A program made the translations under genes and the position numbers. From the IMG/VR virus record IMGVR_UViG_3300030109_003613: 64,000 bases of DNA, one strand, 5' to 3'. Position 1 is the first letter of the stretch. Each line of letters starts with the position of its first letter. The notes under the pieces were generated by a model. That model was given only the letters and a program-made list of their open reading frames with translations. It was not told the DNA's origin and ran no database searches. This document shows, one piece after another, positions 27,001-41,200 of this stretch. This DNA is from an uncultured virus (IMG/VR IMGVR_UViG_3300030109_003613) (lineage: Duplodnaviria > Heunggongvirae > Uroviricota > Caudoviricetes).

Positions 27001-29245
27001 ACTGTTGATCCGCCTCTATTCTTTCTTCAACTCCTTCTAAATCTTTTTGTAAAGATTTTATTACATATCCTAAATCTTGATCTAATTGTAATTTTCTTAT
27101 TTGTCTTCCAATACTTTTTCTTTTTGCAAGCGCTTGTTCAAAAGTTTCTCCGGCTTGATATTTTTTATCTCTTATCCTTTTATCTATTTCTTGGTATCTA
27201 CCTGTAAGTTTTTCAATACTTTCATTAATTCTTGCATAGTCAGTCATTTCTTCTGCTACAGGTAATTGTCTTAAGTATTCACTGTGAGTTTTACCATTTC
27301 TATTAAGGCCCATTTGTAAACTAACTATTTGTCTACGTATAACTCTGTCAAATTCATCTACTTTTTCTGTTTTATGTCTTGCATAAATAGGGACAATTCT
27401 AGATTTATTAACTTTATTAACACCATAATCATTTAATAATGTTTGTTTATAATATCCTATTTGCATGTTATATGAGTCCATTTTAGCATCAAACAGATCA
27501 TCCACTATAGTATATCCGCCACGTCTATATTGAACAGTTCCTTGAGGAACTCCTGATATAAATTTAAAATCATAAATATCTGCAGAGTTATCACTATATA
27601 AAGCCATAACATCCATAGTTCCGGCTATATCTTTTTCTTTATTATGCACAATCTGCTCAGTAAGAATTGTTACTTTGCCTTTAGGATCTATATTTTTTTG
27701 ATAGTCTTTTATCTGTTTAACTAAAGATTTTATATTAACATCTAGAATTTCAAATTGAGCAGAAGTAAATAAATTAGCTGCTCTTTTTTTAATTTCATTT
27801 TTAACACCAACACCATTAGCATAATGTTGTACAAGCTCTTCCATAATAGCATGCCCTTCTTGTCCCATACTTTGACGCATTTTATTATTTGCGTCTTTTC
27901 TTGCCTGTGCTCCTTTAGTTATAGGAAGTTTACCTTGTTTATATTTTTTATAGAACATTTTTCTAACTAAATCAGAAGGACGGCCTTTTATAACTACTCC
28001 CGCATATTGAGTTCCAGGTTTTCCTATATACCTATCATATTTACTACTTCCAGGTTCTACAAGCCAAGGTTCTGTATCAGCCCTTTCTCCTAATTCCTGT
28101 TGTTCTATTACAAAGGATTCTTGAGTTTCTTTTAATTTTTCTAATGTTGTTTGAGCTGGTTCTACTGCTTTCTTTTCACTTTCTTCTTGATAAAAGGTCC
28201 CTGTTAGTTCATCTAAGTTTTCTACTTTTGCAAAATCACTAACTTTTTCATTTAACATTATATATGCAGCACGGCTATAAGGATCAGCTACAACTCTGCT
28301 AAATATCTTTTTAATAAAATTCATTATTTTATCAAACCAGCTATCTACACGTTTTATTTTTTGCGGAGTTTCTGTCCCTACTAATTGATTTAAAATATGT
28401 TTAGCAATTAATTTACCAACAGCCTCTTTTCTCAACATATTTTCATCTCCTTGGTATTGTTCTTGATAGAATTCACTGTTTAGAACATCTTGATAAACTT
28501 GATAGTTTTCAACGTTTCTCATTAAAGAATCAAATAAAGGACTATTTGAAGATTGTAATAATTCTACAAAAAAATGGGCTGCTTCTTCAGGTAATGTATC
28601 AATACCGGTTTTATTTAAAACTACATCAACTACTTTATTTAGCATATCTGCTTTAGCCGTGGCATCTAATAGTTTTCCTTCTTTATTTTTTATATTGTCA
28701 ACAACTCTTATATCAACACCTATTGATTGGAAAAACGTTTCCATCGCTGCATTTACTTCATCAAGTGATTGTCCAACTTCTTCTGCATTTTCTTGGAAAT
28801 TTTGTTGCCAAGGATTATACATCCTACCATTTTTTGTAAAAAACCATTTTCCACTTTTTGCTTGCCTAACACCTAATCCAAATCTGCTAGCATCTTTTTT
28901 CATTAGATGATCTGGAACTTGTCTGCTTTCAGTAAATCCTGAAGTATTAACATTCCATTTTTTAGCTAAGTTTTTTATATCATCTGATTGGTAATAAGTT
29001 TCTTCTGGTTGAGTTTCAAATTCAAATAAAGTACCTATTAGAGGTTCATTGTTTTCATCTACAGCCTGAGAATCTGCAAAAAATCTTTTGAATGTTGGAG
29101 TATATACAGTAGACCATCTTCTTAATGCAGCTTCTGGATCTAATCCTATACTTACTAAATCTTGATATAGTATAGAGTCTTTACCGTTTTCTGCTAAAAC
29201 AGTTTCAATTTCTCCTTTAATATTTCTTTTTACTGAAAAAGCCAT
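24095..29245 (-). CDS. Large virion cargo/ejection protein with degenerate zincin and PD-(D/E)XK nuclease domains
   Basis: 1716 aa next to the vRNAP; EEAAHFFV...KEAVG (zincin-like, first His replaced); GTMDV...IYDFK...QIGYY (RecB-type nuclease). Confidence 0.7.
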   Translation of the reverse strand: MAFSVKRNIKGEIETVLAENGKDSILYQDLVSIGLDPEAALRRWSTVYTPTFKRFFADSQAVDENNEPLIGTLFEFETQPEETYYQSDDIKNLAKKWNVNTSGFTESRQVPDHLMKKDASRFGLGVRQAKSGKWFFTKNGRMYNPWQQNFQENAEEVGQSLDEVNAAMETFFQSIGVDIRVVDNIKNKEGKLLDATAKADMLNKVVDVVLNKTGIDTLPEEAAHFFVELLQSSNSPLFDSLMRNVENYQVYQDVLNSEFYQEQYQGDENMLRKEAVGKLIAKHILNQLVGTETPQKIKRVDSWFDKIMNFIKKIFSRVVADPYSRAAYIMLNEKVSDFAKVENLDELTGTFYQEESEKKAVEPAQTTLEKLKETQESFVIEQQELGERADTEPWLVEPGSSKYDRYIGKPGTQYAGVVIKGRPSDLVRKMFYKKYKQGKLPITKGAQARKDANNKMRQSMGQEGHAIMEELVQHYANGVGVKNEIKKRAANLFTSAQFEILDVNIKSLVKQIKDYQKNIDPKGKVTILTEQIVHNKEKDIAGTMDVMALYSDNSADIYDFKFISGVPQGTVQYRRGGYTIVDDLFDAKMDSYNMQIGYYKQTLLNDYGVNKVNKSRIVPIYARHKTEKVDEFDRVIRRQIVSLQMGLNRNGKTHSEYLRQLPVAEEMTDYARINESIEKLTGRYQEIDKRIRDKKYQAGETFEQALAKRKSIGRQIRKLQLDQDLGYVIKSLQKDLEGVEERIEADQQFIKEGEVNPLWMSLDEMIDLNTDLLFYQSMLGQNEYLKDLLDPKSPQYDPEKHKETIALIKEVAGIISIVKNTLADKMKIRVRDNALERGVKGTESFNTDLDYMTGNFVNLSKQNNPMLRNLWEIVDDLEYKRRKESKAVAAEIQELQNAVMRWYGSNSINAFDKLINTETGNFIPKYDADFYAELDQARKNSDSKWFKKNTYLDEESYNKNFKKYRDGKLKFLRKQHGTNTNAIQREILAWDKMYDVKNYYSTASLLQGGKYFLRFNEDRISQEFKEIQNIEPLRNFYEYYTQKVREIEDKFGKNLGPGFIAEIQKSVMEAQIDGGSGQAWDMVLDNLQIREHDLQTNGMRDINTQELIREIPRLYIRPITDQNGNRDPRLKSKDLGKGLLLLYDAAIDYQMKMEVLPEVLAMETLLQQNEIHQIDTDGMGEVTKTLSGTLKKTFTSQGNSKIFTGFVDQYFYGNALDVKDRSIKVMNKKLSMVKTTLAAKQYHSMMALGLKVPVAAGAFMAGMFSLEQQASKSSFISRKNLRQAQAALMKADPKMRALAEHFEIYNRSDTRNRADKLSADKRVRHMTNDKWFAFLSTADQGIDAVVLYAMALDWGLDQETGEIKLLKNLPEGSKSVMDLMEYKENSNWKGLGVTNISDAAVDRYTVNFNLDRKQERSIRNISRRISDKVKGTMNDEDVALYNNNFLMRFMMHYKSWLPGIAMERFGATRYDHILKTFDQGTWKTMFSNLGLTGMTPGQALDTEVHLMQFIQNLGADIAKAGVDIATFGYANAFKVREDAARIQFERWALKNSENPEFADRLKDPAQKEEMFQDFVKMQQGNIKAFLMEARLTLLFLMLLALMGGDSDDDGKIDMRESYAGRKLYNVINRTYREVAVFTSLEVLEAGRVGGIPILSLGEQLFDIAGNTLDETRDDIFGENSNRDKTNRFHYTFKMLPGLNAFARMLELSDSYKYSRF

Positions 29246-32200
29246 TATTTTTTTCCTGGTTTACAATTATCTTTATCCTCTAATATTCTATTTTTTTCAC
29301 TTTCTATATTATTTTTATATACATTTTCAACTGCCTGATTACCTTGATCGGATTGTAAAGATACTGATTTTTTATCTATTTTTGAAATATTAGAAGCAAG
29401 GATAGAAGGCGTATTTATTTCTTGTAAATACATACCATTTCCTTTTTTAGGTATTTGTATATACAACGAAGAACCTTGAGAGTTTAAAAGATCTTCAGAC
29501 TTCATAAATAATTTTGTATCATAAATATTTTTTGTAATATTTCCTATAGTTTCTGTTCCTGTTATTTCAGATACAGCAATATAATCAGTGCCCGCTCTAT
29601 TAGTTGTTAATTCTTTATTAGCTCCTTTATAGCTTAATCTTGGAACAATTTTAGAATCATTCCATGAGTTTTGATGGAATTCATGCCAAGCATTGTTCAT
29701 ATTTAAATTTGTAATAGGATTAGCATCAAAATAAGGTCCAATAATATTTAATACCTCTGTACTTGGTAGTACTTGGAAAAACGCTATAGGTGAATAATTA
29801 AATCCTGATTGTAATAAACTAAACTCTACAAGATCTTTAGCTAATTTAGGATTTATTTCTTTTAACTCATAGTATGCATCAGATAATAAATCAATATCAT
29901 AAGATTGTAATTTTTTATTAAATAGTTTTAAACTATCTATAGTAAAATTAGGATCTTTAGCGTCCTTTGTAGTTTGTAGTATAGGATACAATTCTTTAAT
30001 TAAAAGATTATCTGATAAATTTAAACTTCTTTGAGCTCTAGCAACTTGATTAGGTAAACTATTATCTCCTTGGAATAATGCAGATATTTTTTCATTTAAT
30101 TTTACATCATTTATTGGAGTAGTTTGAGCTATTACAGATGATAAAAAACTATCAAACTTTTCCATTATATAAATAGCTTGTTCTTGCGGTATAAATAATT
30201 TAGGATTAGTAAGTTCATACATTTTTTGATCCATAAATCTACGAATATGGTCATATTTATGTTTTATATCTATATCGCTAAACATTTTAGGCGCCTCATC
30301 AAAAGCCATTTTTAAAGCTTTCATCATTTGAAACTTTTGATTATTGTCATATATTAAATTATCAATATTTTCAATCATATCATTTTCATAAACTCGTTTT
30401 AAAGAAGCTTGAGTATGTTTTACAGACATTGAATTTCTTAATCTAGAAGTATCAAATTTAGTTCCTTCTTGTAATAATAATAATTCTTTTGAATAACCTT
30501 CATATCTAATAAAATCATCTAATATTCTAGACTGAATACCTCTTTCCATTGGATTTAAATCTTCTAAGTTTTTACCTATCATATTTCTTAAAAGATCTTC
30601 TGAAAATTCTGTATCACTAGGTTTTCCATACATTCTTTTTAAATCATTTATAATTGCTGTTTGAGATTTATACGCTTTAGTTTTAGAATATTGTAATGAA
30701 AATCCTGAAGTAGTTTCTTTAAGTTTTACATAGTCATCAATTATAGGTTGAGACATAAAATATAAAACAGACTCTAAAGGAACTCCAGATCTTATTAATA
30801 ACATATGTATAGGAGCATAATCAAATCCAGCATTTATATCAAATACAAAGTCTTCTTTAGTTACATCTACATATCCTGTTACATATTGACCTATTACAGA
30901 ACTTATTGATCTTCTATTAGCTATATCATTAACATTAGATAAAGATAAAAATTGTGAATTTTGAAAATTAATATCTACTTTATCTGGATTCCAAGCTATT
31001 CCTGCTCTTTGCGCTTTAGAATGTTGTGTAGCACTAGTTGCTACAACACCAACACCTCCTAACCCGGACCACATCCTATAAGATTGATTAACTAAATTTC
31101 CAAGAGATAAAATGTCATTAAATTCTTTTGATTTAGTTTTTATTTTACCCCTTTGATTTCTTAGTTGTGAAATTTCATTTGCTATTCCAGATAAATCATA
31201 AGCACCAACAGGCGTAATCAATTGATCAAAGTTTAATGGATGTTTTAATACATTTCTCATTATATCTTGATAACGATTTTGTAAAGCTTTTTTAGTATTT
31301 TGTTCTTCAATAGAAAGTTTACTAAACTCTGAAAGACTCATATCTTCATATGTGCTCGGTTCTTGTTCTTTCATTATTGATAATCTTTCTTCAGCTGTAG
31401 AATTTTCTTCAGTTAAATATGGTACTTTATTTAATGCCTGTGTGTCATCATTAAATACATAATTAGGATAGTACATTATTAATTTATCAATATCATAATC
31501 GGATCCAGCTTTTCCAACAATTTCTGATGGAACTATCACTACAGAGCCCATTGAAGGAGGCAGATACCCTGCAATTTCTATAAAATCTATAGAGTTTAAT
31601 CCTTCAGTAGGTATACGGAATCCTATTAATTCTAATAATTTTTTATCTAATAAAGGATCATTTACATTTATATTTTCCCCTTGTATCTCTTTAAACCTGT
31701 GAGGTACATAAACTTGCATTGCTAGAGTACCATCTTTATTTGGTCTATAAAACTTTAAAGGTTTTAAATTTGTACCTTGTAGATCAATTCCTAATTCCTT
31801 AGCTTTAGCAAAATCATTTTGTTTTAAAGCTTTCATAGTCTCCATTCCTGTATTAGCTTGAAGAGTCATCATATCTCCAGGCATTTTTCTTTTTATTACA
31901 GAATTAGTAACTAATGCATATAAAATAGTTTCTATTTTATTCTTTTCAAATAATTTATTAATAAACTTACTATCTTGTTTAAATAATAATTCAATTCCAC
32001 GTTTAGTGTGTAATGGTAAATCACGTTTATTTAATTCGTTTAAAACAACTTCAGAAAAAGCTTTTGCAGAATTGTTTTTAAGTTTATATCCTTCTGCTGT
32101 TTTTTCTAATCCTAATTCCTTAGCAAGATTTGTAAGATCTCTTTCGATCATTACACTGTTTAATTTTTGGAATTCATTAATCTCACTTTCTAATGGAGTA

Positions 32201-35200
32201 TCTTTATATTTATCATTTAATTGTCCATTATCAAATATATTTAAAGAGATTAAAACATTAGATTGTGTACCAATTGGTACTTCGTATTTAGCTTTAGGCG
32301 CTATATCTAATTGTATACCAACAGAAGAAAAGTCTAATTCTTGCAAAGCTAATGGCTCATTGTTTTCATCTAAAGACATAGGCTTATAATCATTAAAGTC
32401 TCCTCTTTTTTCATAGAAAGGATCAAATCCTTGTGAGTTTTCCATAACAGCCCCAACTTTAACAGCTGAATCAAATACCATATAATCTACATTATTTGTA
32501 GTCATATCATCATGTATTTTTTGATATGTATCACCTGGCATTATTTGTGGTATTAATGGAAATAATGCATATTTATGGAATGTTTTTAATTCTATATTAT
32601 CTACTGTAAAGTTAGAAAATGCTTGTGGTTTTAGTGGAGGGAATGCAGCAAAGTCTTCCGCTGAAAGCTCTTCATTATTAAGTACTTTTAAATATGCTTT
32701 TTCTTGTTTATCAGCCCATTGGCCTGTTCTAAACAATAAACTTCTATATGTATCTAAATGTATAAAACCTCCACCATCAAACTCTTCCATGTTTGTATAT
32801 ACATTTTGGATAAGTGGTACTAAACTAGGATTTAAAATAGATAGTACATCTACATAATCATCTAAATATTGAGCATCAACATTAATACCTTTTCTAGTAA
32901 CAGTTCTTATTTTATCAGAGTGCTCTTTAGTTAACATTAAATTAGGCATATTTTCATTCATCCAACTTAATATATTTCTATTATTAGTTGGATACTTTTT
33001 AGTACCTACAATACCAGAAGATCTTTTAAATATATCATCCTTATAAAGAGCAAGGTCTCCAAATAAAACTTTAGATTGTTCTATTATACCTGTTGTATGC
33101 TCAATTGCTAATTGCTCTGCTAGCTTATTAAATGTTTTTATAGACATAGTTCCTTCACTAGAAACATCTTGTCCTTTCTTTAGTTTAGATAGAACTCCTA
33201 AATCAATTCCTACATTTATAAAATTATTTTTACCTTGTCTAACTACATTTAAATTTATAAGATCTGATTTAATACCTTCTATAATAGAACTTAGCATTTC
33301 TCTTAATTCATTTTGAACTTCTTTAGATTGAATAATTTCTAAAATCTCATTATCTTCTAAAGGTCTTCTAAGCTTTTGTTCAGGTATAGATTTAAAATTT
33401 TTAAAATATCTTAATCTTCCACCTTGATCTTTATAGTTTTTAATTCTATGTAGTTTACTACTTTTTGTAGTATTAAAAAGATTAGCAGTTTTTATTTCAT
33501 CAAATAAGTATCCTTGCATTCTAAGAATCATTCCATCAAAAGGAATATTTAAAGAAGGTTCTTCTATTTTAATTCCATATGGAGTCTTTTTATCTGAAGT
33601 TGCAATAATAGGTACAATACCTTCTTTTAAAATAGAGTTAATATGCATAACCGCAATATCTGAAGGTAACCCTCTTGATAATAATTTAGATTTACCATCT
33701 TTTTGACTAACACCTTCTAATATATGAACTTCTAATTTATTTCGTTGTCCAGATAGTTTTTGTAACCAAGTAGAATTAGCTAAATTATATCTTGATAAAA
33801 GCTCAATAACTCTATTAGGATTAGAATTTAAATCTGTAACTAATACATCTATAGCTGTTTTTAAATTAACACCGTGTACAGTTTTTCCTTCTGCATTTCT
33901 ATGTTGTAAATCAATAGCAAAATTAGTTATATTCTTTTCTAAGTTTAAAAGAGTTTTTAAATTAGCTTGAATATCTCCTTTATATAAATCATCAATAGGA
34001 GTTCTACTTACTTCTTTTATTATCCAAGAACTTGCATTTCTTACACTAGAATCATTTTTATATTCAGACATAAAATACACATTATCAGAAAATCTAATAC
34101 CTAGTTTAGATAATATTTCTAATGTTGCTATAGCTGTTTTAGGAGTATTGCCCCATTCTTTAATAGTTCTAGTTCTACCGTCTGCTTTTATTTTTTTATT
34201 TGGATCTACAACTAATTTTCCATTTTCAATTTTACCTAATTTATCGATGTTTATATTATCTCTAAAATTAGATTTCCATGCATCTGTTATTAATCTTTCT
34301 ACTCTATTTGAGTTACTATCAACTAAATACCTACCGCTTTCTCTGTCTATCATTTGAGTCCAAAATGTATTAGCAGATTGATCAAATTGTATTAACAATT
34401 TTATCACCATATTCATTTGTGGAACTGTTAATCCAGAAAAGTCTTTATTTGTAATCCCTAATCTTTTTCTAAGTATAGATAATTCAGGACGCTCTGTGCT
34501 TAAATATTCTAATTTTGCTAATAAATTATTAGGATGTGTATTTGATAAGTTTTTATATAAATAAGACATTGTATTTCCAAAGTCTACTAGTTTTGCAAAT
34601 CCACTTTTATTATATGTAAACTTTTGTTTTCTATCTGTTCTAGATAATTCACTTTTTGGAAGAGTTGAAATTAATAATCTTAATGGGTTAGATAGATATT
34701 TATTAGGATCAATTTCATATTCAGGAGTATTATAAGCCTCATCTTGATCTAAATCTACTTCTTCTATTTGAATTTTAAATTTTTGCTTTAAATATTTATG
34801 GTGCTCAGTTTGCAATTCCTCCCAACTATCAAGAATTGTTTGTCTGTTCTTTTTAATTTTTGCTATTTCATTTTCATAGAAATTAATATTTGATTCAGAT
34901 ACAGCTTGTGCTTTCTTACTTTCAAGTTGTTTAATGTGAGTGTTAGTATTAGATACTAATGATCTGATAATACTTCCAGGTTCTAATGCTGTAGTACCAT
35001 ATAAATTTAAAATTTTGTTTGTAATAGAACCATCAGTTAAATTAAAAAAGTCTTCAAGTTCAAAGTTGCCTTTTTCTGCAGCTTTGTTAAATAGATTAGC
35101 TGTCATACCTTCCATAGCATCATTAATAAAAGAAGCTTTTAATGTTCTTTCTTCCATATATGCCTCATCCTCAGTTCTATAAACTGTTATATTATTAACA

Positions 35201-38200
35201 GGATCAGAGAAATAACCAGTATTTATATTTTCAAATAGTCTTTGTGCTTGACTTTCATTATTAACAAAATAATTTAATATGTTATTTATAAAATCAAAGA
35301 TTCTATCAATAAATGATTTTTTAATATCTTTACCTACAGTATAATTTCCATTTGCTAAAACATAAGATCTAAACTCTTCCGCTAACCATTCATCTGCTTC
35401 TTTATCGGTAAGCTCAGACATTTTTTTAACCTCTCCTTTATAAGTTCTAATCTTACCTTTCATTGAACGAGCTTCATCGTATAATTTAAATCTATCTTCT
35501 TGTGATAATACTGATCTAGTTATACCATGGAAAGCTTCGTGATATACAACTCCTGAAGTTGTAAGAACATCTGATATTAATATTTTACCTTCACCTAAAA
35601 ACTTACCAAGTCCTTTATTGTCTATAAGACCTTTAATAAAAGAAATAGTAAATAAAGGATTTCCATTTTCATCTTTAGGCATATTATTATTAAACCACTC
35701 TAATTCAGAGTCTATATCCACATCACTAGTTGGAGTTATAGAATCTGCTAAAAAGAATATATCTTCCTCGTCATTTATATCATCTAGATTAGTTTCTACC
35801 TCAGTGAACCCAAGCTTTTTAACACGATCCTCTTTTTCTATATCTTTCTTATCTGTAAGATCTATTTTTTCAAGTTCAATTTCTTCTCCTGTTGCAGTTT
35901 TAGGATCAGACGCATTATCAATTTCATTGTCTTGCGCATCTTGTTGATTTTCTTCTCCTCGTATAACTGAAGCTGCAGGAGTTAGTACTCCTTCGTGTGT
36001 AATATAAATATTATTATATTGAGGAACTTCAGATTGTTGTACGTTTTCAGATTTTGAGTAATCTAAATTCATATTAACTTTAGCCGGTATATCTGCCAAG
36101 TCTCTTTTAGTTCCGTTTGGAGAATTCTGATCAACTAAAAACTGCGTGTAATTATCCCATGTTATTGTTTCAACCTGTAAGTCGTCAGAAACTCTTACCT
36201 CTACGTGTGGAGTATATTCTATTAAATCATTTATATTTATATTAAGAGCTGCTTGTAATTTTTCTTTATTACCTTCTTTTTTAGCTTCCTTAATTAATCT
36301 ATTTTTTTCTGCTCTTGCTTTATTTCTAGCATCTGTATCAGCTTGTAAATGTCTAGAATGAACATTATAACTTAAAGTTTGTAAAAAAGCTTTAAACTCT
36401 TCGTTTATATCTGTATTTTCATTAGGATTATTTAACTGATCTATAGTAATATTTTTACCTTGATTACCAAAATAAAAAGCATCGTTTTGTATGTATAAAG
36501 AAAACCCTTGCAGCTTTCTATTTTTAGCCATTTTACCAAAATAAACTATATCTTTTAAAATACCAGTCATAGACTTACCGCCTATATCTGTTTGCCCTTG
36601 GCTAAATAATCTTATAACATTATAAATATTATTAGCTTGGCCTGCACTTAATTGATCTAATTTAATAGGAACCATATTTCCTTTATGTGATACATAAGTA
36701 TGTCCTGGAATAGCAGAATATTCATTACCTGACAATTGAACTATATTGCTTAATGCAACTTTTATATCGATATTCTTTAAGTCTTCTGAATCTAAAACAA
36801 GCCTGCCTAAAATTGTTCCTCTAGAATCTGGATTATTATTTTCCCATATAGGATAGCCTTTTCCTTTACCTGATATATAATAATACGCAGGCTTAGCTAA
36901 TTTTAAAACTTCTTGTCTATTCTTTATATGATTATCTATAACATTTTCTACTTCAGGTTTTAAAGTACCTTCATCTGTAAAATCTGGATGTACTCCATCT
37001 TTATAACTTCCAAATCTATATTGATTATTAGCATCATAAACTTGAGAAGATGGCATATTTGTATAAGCAATATTACCATCTATAAGTATTGGATTAAGAT
37101 TTTTATCTACAAGAACTAATTTTATATCTTCTTTTTCTTCGTTTCTATCTTTATTTTCTGTTAAATCTTTTTCGTATCTATATTGATTTTTCTTTGCATT
37201 TAAATCAAAGAATATTATTTTATCTTTTAATTCTTCTGGTATATTATATCTAGTAACAACCATTAATTTAGCACCAGTACTCTTGTCCCAATTATCTAAA
37301 TTTTCAGATGCTTTGAAAAATCTAAGCTGCGCCATAACATGTTCATATTGCATTTCCTCGGCCTTAGATAATTTCTTTTCAAGTCTTCTTTGATCAAGTT
37401 CTCTTTTTACACGAAGAGCTTCAGCATGACTTCCAGCTGTTTTAAGAAATGGAACCTCTGTTAAAGATGGAGATCTTTTTTGATCTTCTTCATATAATTC
37501 AGATACAACAGTAGTACTTGTTGAAGTCTCAACATCTTTACCATCTTCTTGAACTTCTTCTTTTGGGTCAGAAGTTATTTCAGATAACCATTGTTCATAA
37601 GCTGATAATGAATCTTCTATTTGTCGTTGCAGTTCATAAGACCTATTAAATTCTACTAAATCTTCTTCAACACTTTTAGCAGTATCCTTTAATGCTTGTG
37701 CTGTTTCTTTTGATAAAGTATCGACAACTGAAGAAATATTTTTTATTCTAAGATTAATATTTTCTAAATCCTCTACAGCTTTATTATAATCATTCTTATA
37801 AATGTCTTCAGATATTCCAGCTCTTATTCCATCTAACCACTTAATACTATCCTCAGTAATCTTTTTAAGTTCTTTTAGTTTATTTAATTGTGTTTTAAAT
37901 TCTGCTAAATCATTATTAATTAAATCTAAATATTCTGTAACATCATTACCTCGTCTAACTTTATTTATTAACTCTTGAAGAATATCTGCATCTATAATAG
38001 TTTTTCCTGAGTCATCCTTTTTTGTAACTAATTCTTTTAAATCATATTTATTAAAATACCCTTTATTAGCTAAGTCTTCATATAAAGATATTTCATTATC
38101 TAGTCCTAAAAATTGATATATTAATTCTCTTGCATTGTTTATTGATCCGGGTGTATTAGTAATATCCTCTAAAATTTTAGGATCTGACATTAATGCATGA

Positions 38201-41200
38201 ATAACTTGCATTTTTAAAGAATTGTCTTCTAATGTTTTATAGTCTCTTTCATATGATTGTAACTCTGTTTGAAGCCTAGCCTCTTCTTTTTGTAGGTCTT
38301 TATGCTTTTGTAAAGCAGACGCTAGCGAAGCATTTACCTGTCCTCCTATTTTACTTAAGTTAACAACTAAATTTCCTTGTTTTGATTGTTGATTTTGTAT
38401 TGCTTTTGTAACCTCTAATAATTGTTCAGAGATTTCCATAAGTTTAAAACCAAGCTCATAAGAATCATCTAAACTTTGTTTAAGTTTTTGAGCATAGTTT
38501 TCATTTAAGACATCAATAACTGATTTAATTTTTTCTAATTGTAAATCTTCGTTAGAAAGATTTGTAATATTGTCTGCATTTTCTAACCAGTCAGGACTTT
38601 TAGTAGTGTATTCTGTAACTTTATTTGCTAGTTCTTTTTCAATTGCTTCTTTTCTTTCTCTATCTTTTAAAGTTTTAGGATCTCCTATAAGCTCTAATTC
38701 CTTTATTAATTTAAAGGTTTCTGGATCAGGCATTAATACTATACCTTTATTTGAATTTTCTTTATAGAAAGCCCTAGTTTTTCTTTTCTTACCTTTTTCA
38801 TCTGTATATTCAACTTCAATCATTTTGCCTCTATGCTTTCTGGCATTACTTTTTTGAAGCTCACTCATATTTTCTAATTCAGCTGTTCTAGCTTTATCAG
38901 AAATTACTTTTTCTATTCTTTGAAAAAGATCTTTCTCTGCATTTTTATCTACAAGTTGTTGAACTAAATTAAGAGCTTGATGTCTAGCAGCTCTTATACG
39001 TCTTAAGTCTTGTAGTTTTTGTATTAAACCTTCTTTATTTTGTTCATACCCTGAAGGATCTTTTTTTCTATAGTCATCTAATAATTGACGCTCTTCTGAA
39101 GAAAGGTCTGGTTCTATACCTTTTTTAAATCCTTTTTGTAATGCTACTATTTCTTTATTTAAAGATTCTAATTGCTCTACAATATCATTAAACTCAGATT
39201 CCATATTATTAGCTGCATAATATTCTCCAAGTTTTTCTAACTCTTCTTTTTTTGTTAGCATTTCTGCATACACTGATAAAACATCTCCAGGCTTATTAAA
39301 TTCTTTAATACCTAATTTTCTTTTAAGAGTTTGAGCTGGTTTAGAATTCTCTACTACATCTGCAGCTTCACGTCCCATTTTCTTTTTAATCCAAGACAAT
39401 GTTTTTGTTGCAAAGTTTTGTGCTCCTTTTTTTACCTCTTCATTAGATTTAGAATCATTATATCCTCTATCATCTACTTCTGTCATAGAGGCCCCAGTAA
39501 TTTCTTCTACTGCTCTTATTAATAAATCTTCTCTTGCATCTTTATCTTTTGCGCTAGAATATGCATGTACTAGCATTTTTCTAGCATTATCAGATATATC
39601 TAAATTTGATGTATTATCATATAAGTTTTTAATATCATTAGCTCTTTTTGCATGACTATCTGCTACTTTATCTTTTCTTTCATTTAAGAATGCATCTTTT
39701 TCAGATTCAGTCATATCTTTAATTTGGTTGTCATATCCAAACATATGAGCAAAACTTTCATTATCCATGCTTCTAATATCTTCTATACTTTGAAGAGCAT
39801 CTGCATAATAACCTCCTTGTAATCTGTGAAAAATATAACTAAAGAATGCATCATGATCTGCATTTTTATAAGAAAAATCGTTATCTGTAGCAATAGCAAA
39901 ATCTCTTTTATTAGCAGCATTTTTTTGATCAACTAGCATGTCAAAGTTACCTTTGATTGCTGAGATTGCATCAGGATTTTCGTTCATATACCCAGCAAGT
40001 AAATCAAGATTTTTTCTTTTTTGTTTAAATGATATTACCTGATCTTTAATACCACCGGTCCATCCAAGTCCCCATTCACGTTTACCTGTTTTCTTATTAG
40101 TTCTTATACCTGTTGGCAGACCCATTGACCCTAAAAGAAATCCCATAAATATTTCTTTTTGACCTTCAACGCTTCCATAAGCATTAGCCATATTATCCCA
40201 ACTGTTATTTAATACACCTCCTACACCTTCTAAAGAAGTTGGATTTTTACCATCTAAATAATAATCTTCTGCTGCATCTATTCCTGCATGCCTTAAAACA
40301 TTTTGCCCTCCTTCTTCTACAAACCCTTCATACAAACCTGTTTTACCCAATGTCCATGCCCACGCTCCAAAATTTCTAAGGTTACTAAAATCTTTATATT
40401 TAGGTATAAATTTACCTGCATCTTTTTTAATATTTTTCCAAAACCCTTTAGCAAAATTTTGTTTAGCATTTCTCATACCTACTCCGTAGATATTTTTAAA
40501 TACTAACATATTACTATATCCTACTAATGCTGTATTCATAGCAAATACACCATTTGATGTAGCTGTTGCTATTTCTTCTATTTCTTTGAGATCATCTTGA
40601 TTAGGAGCTTCGCCTGTAATTTCTGTATGTTTTCTAATTAAACTATCTATAGTTTCATCAAAGTTATGACGAGCTTCTACACCGGCTTCATAAAATGCAC
40701 CTGTTAACATTCTTCTTGCTCCAGTTGCGCCCTTAGCAAGTAAGTTAAATCTATCTAATTGTTTAAGTTTTTGAGCTCCAGAAACAGCTGTTTGTGTATA
40801 TTGAGCATTTCTAAGAGCAGCTATATTTTTTATTTTATTAGTAGCTGTTGCTGCTAATCTAGTTCCCATTAAATATTTACCAGTACCTGCTGTTATAAAC
40901 TCAGTTAATACTGCACCAGCCATAAAACTAAGTCCTTGCTGCAGTTGATCAGTCCAGAAATTTGCTGATCTTAATTGTTTACCCAAAGGTGCACTATTTT
41001 CTGCTTGGGTATAATAATGAGGAAATTTTTCACCCATAGCCTCATTTATACCATCTAAACTTCTTTGAAAATCATTATTAAAAAACTTATGAGCTGCACT
41101 TCCATCAAATCCATTATCTACCCCTTCCTGAATCATTTTTGATAAACCGTAAGGTATTCCAATTATAGCTCCTGTTATATTAGTAAAAAGACCAGCACCA

